Below are positions 63,439 through 64,000 of a stretch of DNA of 64,000 bases, piece after piece; within the stretch, counting starts at the first letter, position 1; the number at the start of each line of letters is the position of its first letter. Source of the stretch: Somniosus microcephalus (lineage: Eukaryota). Location of the stretch: the NCBI GenBank assembly GCA_052327205.1, contig CM126228.1, positions 23,684,001-23,748,000 of the forward strand. Direction: 5' to 3'. A program made the position numbers and the translations under genes. The notes under the pieces are model-generated. The model was not told the origin of the DNA, made no database searches, and saw only the letters and a list, made by a program, of their open reading frames with translations.

Positions 63439-64000
63439 TAGGATTGCAAAGGGGTGGAAAGTTTCCGGTAAATTTCCGGAAATTTTCCACGGGAAGTTTA
63501 GCTTGGGAATTTTGCCCAAAAAAGCACATGCTAGCATAATATTGTTGTTTTTGTATTTCGCTCTTTTTTTTCCCCCCCACAGGTCCTCTCTTAAAATTAC
63601 TAACAGAGATAGAATCTTAATTATTAAGGAATTTCTTAATCAATATATGTTTATCTTCTTACTTGGCTTGTTTTAATAATTACAAGTTTTGTGTGTGACT
63701 GTGAACAAATGTGTCCTGATTGGTTGGATGAGTGGATGAGCGATTAGCTCCCTCTATTTGTAATATTTGCATATCGAATTGTGATTGGCCTGCAGGCATC
63801 TGTAAGACTGCTATAGTTTTTTTTTTAAGATTCAGGTTAGGGGTCCTGAGGGAAGTCATTTTGTTTTCTGCTGATGTTGTGATGATGCAGTAAGTAAATC
63901 AGACTTTATACCAAATAAACCAGTTACTTGTTGAACGCTGTTGTCCTTCAATTTAAAATATACAAAATAATACACTATTGGTGATGTAGTGTCGTGTGTG
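63439..64000. mobile_element. Probable left end of a hAT-like DNA transposon; right end outside the window
   Basis: The CR1 sequence breaks abruptly at TAGGATTGCAAAGGGGTGGAAAGTTTCCGGTAAATTTCCGGAAA. This is a TAGG terminus with repeated GGAAA/TTTCC subterminal motifs. The extent is uncertain. Confidence 0.55.

Noticed and set aside
52685-64000. Upstream MINDY2 exons (catalytic Cys exon and the short VKLPPMMEIIT-like exon)
   Set aside because: Not found by eye on the minus strand. They are presumably beyond the window, though the N gap cannot be excluded.

Overview
This is vertebrate genomic DNA, and the repeat families point to an elasmobranch (shark or ray). The window holds the 3' two-thirds of one minus-strand protein-coding gene, MINDY2 (FAM63B, a K48-specific deubiquitinase). 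Seven coding exons (52620-52684, 43203-43361, 40358-40460, 36732-36874, 14998-15171, 10727-10903, 8344-8454) have GT-AG boundaries and compatible phases. They splice to one open frame carrying the catalytic-His motif (RNNHF), tandem MIU motifs and a C-terminal CaaX box (CILL). A 3' UTR of about 4.1 kb, with no repeat I could recognise, probably follows. The upstream exons, including the catalytic Cys, were not found and probably lie beyond 64000. The introns are dense with mobile DNA: CR1/HER1-like and L2/Crack-like LINE fragments, several SINE families, Penelope-like fragments with hammerhead-ribozyme cores, a Tx1-like fragment, Harbinger-like and Tc1/pogo-like MITEs, a probable hAT end and a complete non-autonomous Helitron. 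The most unusual item is that Helitron (13549-14866). It is CpG-rich and carries CCAAT, YY1 and RFX motifs, a plus-strand intron and a long hairpin, and it points antisense at a MINDY2 exon. I cannot show a wholly new biological system from sequence alone. Family names come from remembered motifs, not from database searches.
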